A stretch of 64,000 bases of DNA from Candidatus Poribacteria bacterium (GTDB taxonomy: Bacteria; Poribacteria; WGA-4E; JAJDTR01): positions 1,024,001 to 1,088,000 of the forward strand of contig CBDCTK010000002.1 of NCBI GenBank assembly GCA_965222225.1. The letters are read 5' to 3'. Made by a program: the position numbers and the translations under genes. The notes beneath the pieces were generated by a model that had not been told where the DNA came from, ran no database searches, and saw nothing but the letters and a program-made list of their open reading frames with translations. This document shows positions 42,720 through 52,599 of this stretch, one piece after another; position 1 is the stretch's first letter, and each line of letters begins with the position of its first letter.

Positions 42720-43010
42720 GAGGCGCCTCCCGCTTTAGCATAGTGTTTTAATCATTGCATTGTATTAAACCTGAGATTGGAACTCAAGGAATATGTCTGC
42801 GCGGTGAAAGTCCGACGATTTCAAGCAGCACCGATAGCAATCTCTCAAATCCATTAAATTCCCGCTTCCACATCCGATATTTTCTATCCTCACCAGTCAG
42901 CCTGTGAAAGGCTTGCAACCACATATATTCCTCTACATTAACACGACACACGGCGTGGAAGTAGGGAACCGCTCGAACGCATTCTCATTGCGCTTTGGCG
43001 ATGGGACATC

Positions 43011-44435
43011 CTATTCAATATTTGCCATTGGCGGTCGTCGCTTCCAAAATCCTGTCGCTTTCTCAAAGGCATAGGCCAGTTGCAATACTCCGAAATCGTC
43101 TTGGTGCCTCCCTACAATTTGAACGCCTACGGGCAATCCCTCAGACGTGAAACCACACGGTACCGAGATAGCAGGAAGACCAATCACACTAATGTAGTAA
43201 CACGATTTCATCCAATCAATATACGTATCCATTTTCACGCCGTTAATCTCAGTAATATATCGTTGTTTAACGTCGAAAGGAGGCACTTGGCTCACCGGGA
43301 GAATCAGAAACTCATAGGTCTCCATAAATTCTCGAAGGCGGTGATAAAGTTCCGTCCGCTTGCGTTCAGCATGCCCAATCTGTGGGCCGGTTAACTCCAT
43401 ACCCACTTCAGTGTTCCAGATTACAGAATCCTTTATCTGATCTCGACATGTCTCTAGCAATTTTGCAAACATGACTTCAAAGCACCAAGCTCGCCAAACT
43501 TGGAAGATTTCATCGGCATCTTTGAAGTCGGGTTCCACGTCTTCAACGCGGCAACCCATAGACTCGAAGACGTGGCGTTCTTGATCGATTACCTCGGTCA
43601 CACTTGGATCCACTGGAAGTTCACCTAGATTACGGCTCCAAGCAATACGTACTTTTTTGAAATCGCGATCCAAAGGGCGTGCGAATAGACTTCCCGGTTC
43701 AGAGATTGCAATCGGCGAGCGTGGATCTGGCCCCGCGATGGCACTCAGTAGGAGCGCGGCGTCTTCTACGGTGCGAGCCATTGGTCCCTCCACCGATATG
43801 GGGTACCATGCGAGTAAGCTGGGCCAAACGGGGACTCTGCCGGGGGAGGTGCGAAGCCCAACCACGTTACAAAAGCTAGCTGGAATCCGCAGCGAACCCC
43901 CGCTGTCGCTGCCATCCGCGATGGGTTGCATTCCACATGACAAGGATACGGCTGCACCACCACTACTTCCTCCACTGGTTTTGGACGTGTCATAAGGATT
44001 GAACGTCTCACCGAACACTTCATTGTAGGTTTGCGCGCCTGCCCCAAACTCCGGCACATTAGTCTTACCGATTGTGATAGCCCCTGCCTTTTTCAATCGT
44101 TCCACAATGAGCCCATCATGATCCGGCACAAAATCTTTGTAGATTGGAGAGCCCATCGTTGTTCGCATTCCTCGCGTCGGAACCAAGTCTTTATGTGCAA
44201 TCGGCAGACCGTGTAGCGGTCCGACTTCTTGCCCCCGCACAAGTGTCTCGTCTGCAGCTTTACCTGCATCCACCGCTTGCTGCGGATGCAAAGTGATAAC
44301 CGCATTGACTAATGGGTTGATGCGGTCAATCTGTGCCAAGTGTGCCTCAACTACCTCTCTAGTGGAAATATCTTTGGCACGGATACGATGTGCCAATTCT
44401 GTAGCAGTAAGGAAACAAATCTCTGAATTTGCCAT
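43011..44435 (-). CDS. Amidase-signature family amidase
   Basis: GLPIAHKD, GKTNVPE, GGSSGG, GSDSGGSLRIPA. Confidence 0.95.
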   Translation of the reverse strand: MANSEICFLTATELAHRIRAKDISTREVVEAHLAQIDRINPLVNAVITLHPQQAVDAGKAADETLVRGQEVGPLHGLPIAHKDLVPTRGMRTTMGSPIYKDFVPDHDGLIVERLKKAGAITIGKTNVPEFGAGAQTYNEVFGETFNPYDTSKTSGGSSGGAAVSLSCGMQPIADGSDSGGSLRIPASFCNVVGLRTSPGRVPVWPSLLAWYPISVEGPMARTVEDAALLLSAIAGPDPRSPIAISEPGSLFARPLDRDFKKVRIAWSRNLGELPVDPSVTEVIDQERHVFESMGCRVEDVEPDFKDADEIFQVWRAWCFEVMFAKLLETCRDQIKDSVIWNTEVGMELTGPQIGHAERKRTELYHRLREFMETYEFLILPVSQVPPFDVKQRYITEINGVKMDTYIDWMKSCYYISVIGLPAISVPCGFTSEGLPVGVQIVGRHQDDFGVLQLAYAFEKATGFWKRRPPMANIE

Positions 44436-44516
44436 ACTTCATCCTTTCTTGGACTTCATTTGGCTTTCAACCGCACCCTTCAAGACTCTCGTAAATCTTC
44501 CACATGTTGACCCGCC

Positions 44517-45557
44517 CTAATTTTCCCAGTCAAAAATCACTCCCAACATTGACTTTTCGCGATGATAAATCATTTCGTAAGCCTTCGCAATTTTGGTATA
44601 GTGGAAACGATGGGTAATTAACCGCTTCGGTTCTAGGCGACCGTCTTTCATTAAGGAGAGAATATAGTCGGCAGACCGATTCACTGCAAACCGGTCGTAT
44701 GTAACGATTGGGCTATTTTGATTGGCCTCTGGATACAAATTCCCCGCAACACCTGATACAGCAATGATTGATATTCCCTTGTTATAGAACCACTCCATAG
44801 CTAACGGGTTAAAATCAAGCGGTGGCTCGCCACGACCGAGGAGACTAACAATAGAGACTCTGCCATTTGGCCGAACGATTTGCAAGGATGCGCGATAAGC
44901 GGACCATGGATTGGCTGTAAGAATAACAAGATCGACACCAACGCCGTCAGTGAGGGAATCTAGCTTCTCACAGAGTGTGGGGTCGTCGAACATGAATACG
45001 GCATGCGCCCCCATTCGCTCTGCCATCTCAAGGCGGACAGCACTGTTGCCGATTGCGATCGCTCTTGCGCCAAAGACCTGTCCTAGCGCAACCGCTCCCA
45101 GCCCGAGTACGCCCAAGCCCACGACTGCTACATTCTCTCCCGGTTGGAAATGCGCCTTCCGGTAGCAGAGGTAACTGAGATTATAAAGGTGCGTGAAGAC
45201 CGCGTCCTCCGGATGAACATCACTGGGAACCTTGACAATGTTTGGGGCCTCTCTAATGATATACTCGGATTGATGGGGTTGCTGGGTTACCACGCGATCA
45301 CCCACTTGAAAACGCTTGACGGCATGTCCCACTCCTTGTACAACTCCCAGATTGCTGTCACCGACCCATCTGGGGTAGTCAGGCGCGCCAGGGACGCGTT
45401 CGGATCCTTCATAATTACCGCGGTCGGTCCCGATTTTCAGCGCGGAAATTTCCGTCTCGATCCAAATTTCATCGGGTTCGAGATTACTCGTGTCAAGTTC
45501 ATGCTCCTCAATGTGCAAGTCTCTCGGCCCTCGCAGCATCGCGATTTTCATAGACAT
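44517..45557 (-). CDS. MDR-family (zinc-binding type) alcohol dehydrogenase
   Basis: GroES-like N-domain (FQVGDRV), Rossmann VVGLGVLG, LITHRF. Start trimmed from 45602. Confidence 0.85.
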   Translation of the reverse strand: MSMKIAMLRGPRDLHIEEHELDTSNLEPDEIWIETEISALKIGTDRGNYEGSERVPGAPDYPRWVGDSNLGVVQGVGHAVKRFQVGDRVVTQQPHQSEYIIREAPNIVKVPSDVHPEDAVFTHLYNLSYLCYRKAHFQPGENVAVVGLGVLGLGAVALGQVFGARAIAIGNSAVRLEMAERMGAHAVFMFDDPTLCEKLDSLTDGVGVDLVILTANPWSAYRASLQIVRPNGRVSIVSLLGRGEPPLDFNPLAMEWFYNKGISIIAVSGVAGNLYPEANQNSPIVTYDRFAVNRSADYILSLMKDGRLEPKRLITHRFHYTKIAKAYEMIYHREKSMLGVIFDWEN

Positions 45558-45744
45558 CTCCCTAGTTTCGCAGACTGTGGACTTGATTCCAAAAATTAGC
45601 ATATCTCAGCGGAGTTATTCGTCGTGATTCTGCCAGCGGTGGAAATTTTTCGTAACGACAGTTCATACGATGTGGGAACTTGACTGCGAATGGTGGACAT
45701 CCTCAATACGGCAAAACAGTGACACTCTATGTTCCACGAGAGAT

Positions 45745-47370
45745 TCAGCTCGGATTCCCACGACGTAGGAGAGCATTGACCAAGTAATCCAACTCCTTGA
45801 CCTTTAACAGCTTGCAGAGACTAAGCAACGTAACAAGCCCTAAGATGATTGTGACAAACACACCTGTCAAGCGCACGATTACGCCGTCTACGCCAATCCA
45901 ACTTTCAATCCAAAAACTCATCTTCCAACAGACCGCGCCCATAATGATAGAAGACACTATGACCTTTGCAAATAGAATCCCAACTTTCCCCAACTCTAAA
46001 CCTCCTACTTTTCGGTGCAAAAGTATCAGCAACACCACGAAATTTAGCGTAGTTGTACACGAAATAGAACACGCTATTGCGCGATGATCTAACCTTAGAT
46101 GGAAGATGAAGACATAGTTTAATACAATGTTTACCACAACCGTGAGTGCACTGACTATCACCGGTGTTCGAGTATTATTGAAGGCGTAAAATCCATCAGT
46201 TGCAATCTTGACTGCCGAAAAACTACATAATCCAATGGCATAGAAGAAAAGCGCCCTTGCTGTTTGCTGCGTGTCAACATGCGTTGCTTTCCCCCATTCA
46301 AAAATCAAGCGGCATATAGGTTCCGACAACACCATTAAGCCTACGGACGCAGGCAGTGTGAACAGGATTATCAAGCGCAATGAATATAAGAAAGATTGGC
46401 GGTAGTCTTCTATTCTGTCCTGCACAACCAACTTGGATAAATTCGGTAATGCCGCTGTCGAAATTGCCACACCGAATACTCCAATCGGGAGGTGCATGAG
46501 GCGAAATGCTCGAGTCAAATAGGTAATCCAACCCTCCCCCTGCGAGGCAAATCTTAAATTGACAAAAAGATTGATTTGTAACGCGGCAGCTCCGAAAACT
46601 GCAGGGATAATCAGTCGCACTACTTGCAGCACTCGTGGATCTCGAAAACTGATGCTTGGGCGGTATCGAAATCCGACGCGCCACATTGATGGGACTTGAA
46701 CGAGAAACTGTAGTGCCCCACCGACTAGCACTCCGACCGCCAGGCCAGTAGCCGGGTGTAATCCAAGGTCCTGAGAAACATAGTATCCCCATACCCCAAC
46801 AATTAACGAACCCAAATTAAAAAAAGATGAGGCGCAGGCAGGCACCCCAAATCTCCCCTTGCTGTTCAATAACCCCATCGCTATCGCCCCAAACGAGGCA
46901 AGTATCAAGAACGGAAACATGATTCGCGTAAGATAAACCGTAAGGCTCCGTTTGTCGGTTAAATCGAATCTTTCTCCAGAGTCTAACTGATTATCGAATC
47001 CTTCCCCACCAGTCATCAGGCTTACGATTAACGGAGCGGCAAGTATTCCGATTAAACAGAGAATCGTAAGCACCAAGGCCGTCAAATTCAAGATTTGGCT
47101 AGTTAGTCGTTGGGCGGCTTCTTTGCCTTCTTCTAGTTCGGTCACAGTGAATGTCCTGACGAAAGCCTTGCTCAATACACCTTCGCCGAAGAGGTCCCGA
47201 ACCAAGTTTGGAATACGGAATGCAGCATAAAAGGCATCGGCGCTAATCCCTGTAGTGAAGAAATATGCAATTGCCTGCTCTCGCATCAACCCAAGCAGAC
47301 GTGAAACCATTACGGCAATACCGATGACTCCTGCCGATCTTGCTATCGTCGTAAGATTGTCATTTCGCAT
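45745..47370 (-). CDS. murJ: Lipid II flippase
   Basis: SRLLGLMRE, ADAF..AFRIPNL.R.LFGEG, RLMHLPIGVFG. True start is probably 47370 or 47388, not 47532. Confidence 0.95.
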   Translation of the reverse strand: MRNDNLTTIARSAGVIGIAVMVSRLLGLMREQAIAYFFTTGISADAFYAAFRIPNLVRDLFGEGVLSKAFVRTFTVTELEEGKEAAQRLTSQILNLTALVLTILCLIGILAAPLIVSLMTGGEGFDNQLDSGERFDLTDKRSLTVYLTRIMFPFLILASFGAIAMGLLNSKGRFGVPACASSFFNLGSLIVGVWGYYVSQDLGLHPATGLAVGVLVGGALQFLVQVPSMWRVGFRYRPSISFRDPRVLQVVRLIIPAVFGAAALQINLFVNLRFASQGEGWITYLTRAFRLMHLPIGVFGVAISTAALPNLSKLVVQDRIEDYRQSFLYSLRLIILFTLPASVGLMVLSEPICRLIFEWGKATHVDTQQTARALFFYAIGLCSFSAVKIATDGFYAFNNTRTPVIVSALTVVVNIVLNYVFIFHLRLDHRAIACSISCTTTLNFVVLLILLHRKVGGLELGKVGILFAKVIVSSIIMGAVCWKMSFWIESWIGVDGVIVRLTGVFVTIILGLVTLLSLCKLLKVKELDYLVNALLRRGNPS

Positions 47371-47415
47371 CTGACCTTCTGTCAACATGATAAGAACGCT
47401 GTCCACCAGACTTTT

Positions 47416-47444
47416 TTGACATTTGTACGATTGTAAGGTACACT
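47416..47444 (+). promoter_or_regulatory. Candidate sigma70 promoter
   Basis: TTGACA-17-TACACT, about 240 nt upstream of the DUF2203 start. Confidence 0.6.
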
Positions 47445-47687
47445 GTAGAATCCCCAAGAGCCAACAACCTCGTTTAGACGTACTGTTTGAGCGTTGTTGT
47501 CCCCAAGGTGCATCAAGTTTGATCCTTCTCAAGGAGGCGGCGGAGGAAAGTCTAGACTTTTCGCCTGGGTAAAATTCGATGGCTCAAGCCCGATATTGCC
47601 CGGCGAATTGTGCTGGACTCGGCAACATAGATGCAGCCATGTGAAGATTTCCACTGTACGAAGATTCTTTGGAAGGGATGCCTGAAA

Positions 47688-48071
47688 ATGCCTGAAAGAA
47701 AGAGAACTATAACTGTCGAAGAGGCGAATCAATTTATCCCCATGCTAGAAAAAGACATCTTGGAACTAAAATCGCTCCGTAAGAAGTTGGAAGCCCTCGG
47801 TGTAGAGATGTCCGCGCTTTTTGAAAACGTCCATCTCAACGGCGGTCATCGCAAAACGCCAGAATTTCTTCAATTGTCATCACAGTTTCGCGGAGTTATC
47901 GAACGAATAAATTCCTACGGTTGTGTGATAAAAAACATAGATCCCGGACTAGTAGACTTTCCTCACCTGCGCGATGGTCGAGAGGTTTACCTCTGTTGGC
48001 AGTTTGGCGAAGACGAGATTCGTTATTGGCATGACATCGACGCTGGATTCGCTGGCAGACAGCCGCTATAA
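47688..48071 (+). CDS. DUF2203-family protein
   Basis: TVEEAN..IP, GLVDFP, VYLCW..GE..I.YWH...AGFAGRQPL. Confidence 0.88.
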   Translation: MPERKRTITVEEANQFIPMLEKDILELKSLRKKLEALGVEMSALFENVHLNGGHRKTPEFLQLSSQFRGVIERINSYGCVIKNIDPGLVDFPHLRDGREVYLCWQFGEDEIRYWHDIDAGFAGRQPL

Positions 48072-48106
48072 ACAACCCAAATCCTCTGGACACACATGCG
48101 CTTGCC

Positions 48107-48916
48107 CTAAGACTTTGCTTTGTGCCAGTCCCTGTCTAAAAAATAGAAGTGGTTGGTTGGACCATGCCCGTGTCCAATATCAAGCGCCCCTCGAATGGCG
48201 TTGGTGATGTATTCTTTCGCAGTCTCTATGGCTTCCACCATGTTCAACCCTTGAGCAAGGCGAGTCGCGATTGCAGCCGAATAGGTACAGCCCGTGCCAT
48301 GTGTATTATTTGTTTCTATCCGAGCTTCATCAAAGAGTGTGAATTCTCCCTCATCATACAAGACATCTGTCGATCGATCGCCCGGTAGATGCCCGCCCTT
48401 TACCAACACAGCCCCGCATCCGTAGTTGTGGATAATCTCTGCCGCCCGTTTCGCATCATCCCGCGTTTCAATTTTGCGTGCCGCTAATATTTCCGCTTCA
48501 TGCAAGTTAGGAGTAATTAACTTTGCCAGAGGAATCAGGGTCGCTTTCAAGCTGTTAATTGCCTCCGCTTTGAGGAGAAAAAATTCGCTCTTGGAAATCA
48601 TCACGGGGTCGATAACGATATTTTGTGCTTCAACTTCTCGCAACTTCCTCGCGACAGTCTGCACAATGCTTGAAGAAGACAACATACCCGTTTTTACGGC
48701 GGACACCTCGAAGTCGGCGAAGACCGCATCCAACTGTGCTTCGATGAGGTCCGATGGTAAATCGTAAGCGCGTGTGATTTCTAGCGAATTCTGCGCCGTA
48801 ACCGACGTAAGAACAGACATCGCGTAGCCGCCGTTCGCGTGAATAGATTTGATATCAGCCTGAACGCCAGCTCCACCTCCAGAATCAGAACCCGCGATAG
48901 TTAAAACCTGCTTCAT
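48107..48916 (-). CDS. thiD: Hydroxymethylpyrimidine/phosphomethylpyrimidine kinase
   Basis: LTIAGSDSGGGAGVQAD, TAQN, DPVM, NTHGTGCT. Confidence 0.96.
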   Translation of the reverse strand: MKQVLTIAGSDSGGGAGVQADIKSIHANGGYAMSVLTSVTAQNSLEITRAYDLPSDLIEAQLDAVFADFEVSAVKTGMLSSSSIVQTVARKLREVEAQNIVIDPVMISKSEFFLLKAEAINSLKATLIPLAKLITPNLHEAEILAARKIETRDDAKRAAEIIHNYGCGAVLVKGGHLPGDRSTDVLYDEGEFTLFDEARIETNNTHGTGCTYSAAIATRLAQGLNMVEAIETAKEYITNAIRGALDIGHGHGPTNHFYFLDRDWHKAKS

Positions 48917-48917
48917 T

Positions 48918-49571
48918 TTATCTAACTTTGCACTTCTCTAATTCCCTTAGATATTCCCGCGCCCGGTTAATGCCGGTCTCCGGCAACATCAACCCCGACA
49001 TTACTGCCACGCCATATGCCCCAGCCTCAATACACTCCGGCACCCGGTCAGGAGAAACTCCACCCAATGCGAAGACTGGTATTTCAAATGCCGATGTTAA
49101 ATCGTCAAGTTTTTTCAGACCTACAGCGGGCCCATATCCTGGTTTACTTGCAGTCGGGAAGATTGGGCTGTAAGTGATAAAGTCGGCGCCGTCCTTCTCC
49201 CGCGCCTGCGCCCCACCAAGACTGTGAATGGAACAACCGATTAGTAGTCTTTTTCCCATTTGTGTCTTAATCTGTTCTATTGACGGCGTGCTGGCTGGAA
49301 AGTGTAACCCGGAGACGCCAAGATTCAACGCGATTTCCACTCGTGAATTAACAAACAGCTGTGCGAAATATGTCTGGCAGAGTTCGGCAATCGGCGCAGC
49401 CAGATTGAAGAACTCCAAGTCGCCCAGTTCTTTTTCACGGAGTTGGATTGCCGTGACACCCACGTCCAAGAGACTGTGAATTACGTCATACAATGAGCGC
49501 GGTTCACACAGCGATCTGTTCGTAATTGCGTATAGCTTGAAGTCGATCGGCTGGCGTGCGTTATTGGTCAA
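48918..49571 (-). CDS. thiE: Thiamine phosphate synthase/TenI-family protein
   Basis: LYAIT, QLREK, S.H, PIFPTASK, ALGG; adjacent to thiD. Mg-ligand Asp residues look altered. Confidence 0.75.
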   Translation of the reverse strand: MTNNARQPIDFKLYAITNRSLCEPRSLYDVIHSLLDVGVTAIQLREKELGDLEFFNLAAPIAELCQTYFAQLFVNSRVEIALNLGVSGLHFPASTPSIEQIKTQMGKRLLIGCSIHSLGGAQAREKDGADFITYSPIFPTASKPGYGPAVGLKKLDDLTSAFEIPVFALGGVSPDRVPECIEAGAYGVAVMSGLMLPETGINRAREYLRELEKCKVR

Positions 49572-49656
49572 TCAAATGGCTTCCAAGCAACGGGTTGTTT
49601 TTGAGGTAAAAGTCACAGAATGAGTGAACGATTCACCCGATTCCATGAATTCCACT

Positions 49657-51561
49657 TCAATCGCGTGGCTGTAACTTAGAATGTTTCTGTACAAAATATA
49701 CTGCCGCCAGTATTCCTAATGCGATTACGAAGGTAGCAAAATTATCAATGAATGCTAAAAACGCTGCGATAACAAGCGCAATCCATTCAATCCACCTCGT
49801 TTTCCGAACGAAATATCCCATCGTAACCAGCGAAAATATAAACGTGCCCACTACCGCGGTAATAACGGAAAAAATGTTCTGTATGAGGGTCCCGTCCATG
49901 AGGATGTGAGTGTATGCGAACAGTAACGGCATCACGTAAAGTAGCTTGGCAAACTTGAAACAAGCCCATCCGGTCTGCCATGGATTGGCTCTAGCAATCG
50001 CCGCGCCAGCGTACGCGCCCAATGCAACAGGCGGAGTAATGTTCGAATCTTGGCTAAGCCAAAAAATGATTAGGTGTGCGGCAACGAAGGAGACACCCAT
50101 CTGATCGCTTGTAAGTATCGGGACCGCAAGTTCCGAAGTAATCAGATACGCCGCTGTCACGGGAATACCCATTCCCAATATCAACGACGCTACCGCCAAT
50201 AGTAGAATCGCAATCACACTACTGTTTCCAGCGACCGATAGCACAAGATCGGGAAACATTCGTCCTAATCCGGTGAGATCGATAACAGCGATAATAATGC
50301 CAATGCAACCCACCGCACCACCAATTGCCAACGAATTGCGTGCCCCCAAAACCATTGCTTCCCACAGTCGGTTCGGCGTGAGGCGAGTCTCCGGTCGAAT
50401 ATAACTCACTACAATGGTTGTTAAAATAGCGAAAAACGCTGCTTTGGATGCGGTGGAACCCGAAATCAGAGTTGCAATAAGTGTAAGCAAAGGAGCCAAG
50501 CAATACCATTGGCGTTTAAGCAGCGGAAAGAGTTGAGGTAAATCATCCTTCGGCAACCCCTGGATGTTCCATTTTTTTGCTTCTAGGTGCACCATCACCC
50601 ACACGGCGAAAAAGTAAAGCAGTGCCGGAGCAACCGAAATGAGCGCAATGTGGCTGTAAGGCAGCTCTGTGCGCTCTGCCATAATGAAAGCGCCCGCACC
50701 CATTACCGGCGGCAAGAATTGACCACCGACCGAAGCAGTCGCTTCCACTGCCCCGGCAACATGGGGTCGAAATCCTGTGCGCTTCATCAGCGGGATTGTG
50801 AACGATCCGGTCGCTACGGTGTTCGCAATCGCGCTACCCGCAACGGAACCGAAGAAGCCCGAGGCAGCAATAGCTACTTTGGCAGGACCTCCTATCGACT
50901 GCCCCGCTATGGCCATTGGTAGGTCAATGAAAAATTGCCCTACGCCCGATTTTTCGAGAAAAGCCCCAAAGAAGATGAAGAGAATAACATAGGTTGCCAT
51001 CACGTTTGCCATGATGCCGAAAATTCCAGCTTGGCTGAAGAAGCTATATTCGATAATTCGCTGTAACGTAAAACCCTTGTGTTCAATGGCGGATGGCATC
51101 GACCTGCCGAGCAAGGCATACAGAATGGCAACTCCCGCGATAATTGTAAGTGCCCAACCGACAGTACGCCGTGAATATTCCAAACTGAGTACCAGCGCGA
51201 TAGCACCAACAACCACATCCAATTTGCTATACGCGCCTGCCCGGTTAGCAAGTGTTTTGTATTCAAGAATCCAATAACCGATTGCAACAATCGTCAATCC
51301 AAGGAGAACGATATCCACTACCGAAGGCCTAGAAGTTGGAGAGTTTTGTTTAAAGCGGTAAAAGATTCCAATCAATATGAACGTAAGGAGCAGATACAAC
51401 CCAACGTGGTATTCCTCTCCCGGCGTGCCAAAGCCTGCCCCCAGAACATAAAAAAGCACAAAGATCACGGCAATGAACTCGAAGATCCATTTCCAGCCGC
51501 CTTGTAGTGCACGGTGCCGTGAGTCAATATTGAGACGCGTTGTCGTGTCTTTATTTTCCAT
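49657..51561 (-). CDS. TRAP transporter fused 4TM/12TM permease (TAXI-type)
   Basis: GGPAKVA, GSAIANTV.TG.FTIP, GGQFLPPVMGA, ITPPVAL. Confidence 0.93.
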   Translation of the reverse strand: MENKDTTTRLNIDSRHRALQGGWKWIFEFIAVIFVLFYVLGAGFGTPGEEYHVGLYLLLTFILIGIFYRFKQNSPTSRPSVVDIVLLGLTIVAIGYWILEYKTLANRAGAYSKLDVVVGAIALVLSLEYSRRTVGWALTIIAGVAILYALLGRSMPSAIEHKGFTLQRIIEYSFFSQAGIFGIMANVMATYVILFIFFGAFLEKSGVGQFFIDLPMAIAGQSIGGPAKVAIAASGFFGSVAGSAIANTVATGSFTIPLMKRTGFRPHVAGAVEATASVGGQFLPPVMGAGAFIMAERTELPYSHIALISVAPALLYFFAVWVMVHLEAKKWNIQGLPKDDLPQLFPLLKRQWYCLAPLLTLIATLISGSTASKAAFFAILTTIVVSYIRPETRLTPNRLWEAMVLGARNSLAIGGAVGCIGIIIAVIDLTGLGRMFPDLVLSVAGNSSVIAILLLAVASLILGMGIPVTAAYLITSELAVPILTSDQMGVSFVAAHLIIFWLSQDSNITPPVALGAYAGAAIARANPWQTGWACFKFAKLLYVMPLLFAYTHILMDGTLIQNIFSVITAVVGTFIFSLVTMGYFVRKTRWIEWIALVIAAFLAFIDNFATFVIALGILAAVYFVQKHSKLQPRD

Positions 51562-51654
51562 ATTCGCGAGATTTTCTTATTTTCGGTACCGCAAAGGTGC
51601 AACGCCCAGAGAACTTCATGTGGAAAGATTGTGCGTGCTAAGCTCCCGGATATG

Positions 51655-52461
51655 TTATGCGTGGACCACGTCTCCGCTCGAGAATACACGTAGCTGGCCG
51701 GATTGCTCGCGCAGGACAAGCCTACCGTCCGCATCAATTCGTTCCGCTATGCCGTTGAAGGATCCATCCAATGTCTCAAGCTGTACGTCCTTCCCAATTG
51801 TGGTTGACAAATCAATCGCACTATCAATAATAGTGGCAGTCCTTCCACACTTCAAGTGCGAATAATTGTCTTCCAGATGATGCAAGATAGTGCGGAGAAC
51901 TGAAACACGGGATATGTCACGACCACATTCGATTTGCATGGAAGTAGCCGAAGAACGAAGTGATAAAGGAAATTCGACGGAAGTAATGTTGACATTCACC
52001 CCAAACCCTACAACGAAGAAAGGCTGATGATTCCGATCGTAGTTTAATTCCGTCAGCACACCGCTTATTTTTCTTCCACAGACCAATACATCATTTGGCC
52101 ACCTAATCATCGCAGGTAGCTTGAGCAGTTCTCGAATTGCGTTCGCAATGGAAACTGCGCTCATTAGACTTGGCATACCAATTTGGTTCGGTAAGAGTCG
52201 ATGGCGTAAAATCAGCGAGGTGAGGAGACTAGATCCGTGGGGCGAGTGCCAGATCCTGCCGTGGCGACCACGTCCCGAGGTCTGGTATTCTGCGAGGACG
52301 AGCGTGCCCTCTACTGCACCGGTGTAGCCGCGCTGCAAGGCAAGATGGTTGGTCGATTCCACTCGATTATGGATTTCAATCGATTGTCCGATGACTCGAG
52401 TTCGCAGTCCGTAACGAATTTCATGCTCTGTCATCGCAGAAGAACTCCCGGCATTCAGCAT
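51655..52461 (-). CDS. birA: Biotin-protein ligase without N-terminal HTH
   Basis: STN, QTSGRGR..R.W, WPND, KISGVL, G.GVNV. Confidence 0.93.
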   Translation of the reverse strand: MLNAGSSSAMTEHEIRYGLRTRVIGQSIEIHNRVESTNHLALQRGYTGAVEGTLVLAEYQTSGRGRHGRIWHSPHGSSLLTSLILRHRLLPNQIGMPSLMSAVSIANAIRELLKLPAMIRWPNDVLVCGRKISGVLTELNYDRNHQPFFVVGFGVNVNITSVEFPLSLRSSATSMQIECGRDISRVSVLRTILHHLEDNYSHLKCGRTATIIDSAIDLSTTIGKDVQLETLDGSFNGIAERIDADGRLVLREQSGQLRVFSSGDVVHA

Positions 52462-52599
52462 TTACATTGAAACCGCGCAATTCTACTCCCGATGTTCTGC
52501 AATTTCGCTACGTCCGTATTTATAAATACATGTCGTCAGCATGCGTTTATCGATGGGTAAGACACAACTGGATATGTCGGTTCTAGAGGAGTAGGAAAT

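Noticed and set aside
47543-47560. GAGGAAAGTC resembling the RNase P RNA P4 5' strand
   Set aside because: Continues TAGAC rather than CGG, there is no 3' AAAACCCGGCTTA-type motif, and the spacer is too short.
47371-47687. N-terminal extensions of the murJ and DUF2203 ORFs
   Set aside because: Family similarity begins at 47370 and 47688, so the extensions are longest-ORF artefacts.
49572-49656. TPP riboswitch ahead of thiE-thiD
   Set aside because: No CUGAGA core on the minus strand and the gap is only 85 nt.
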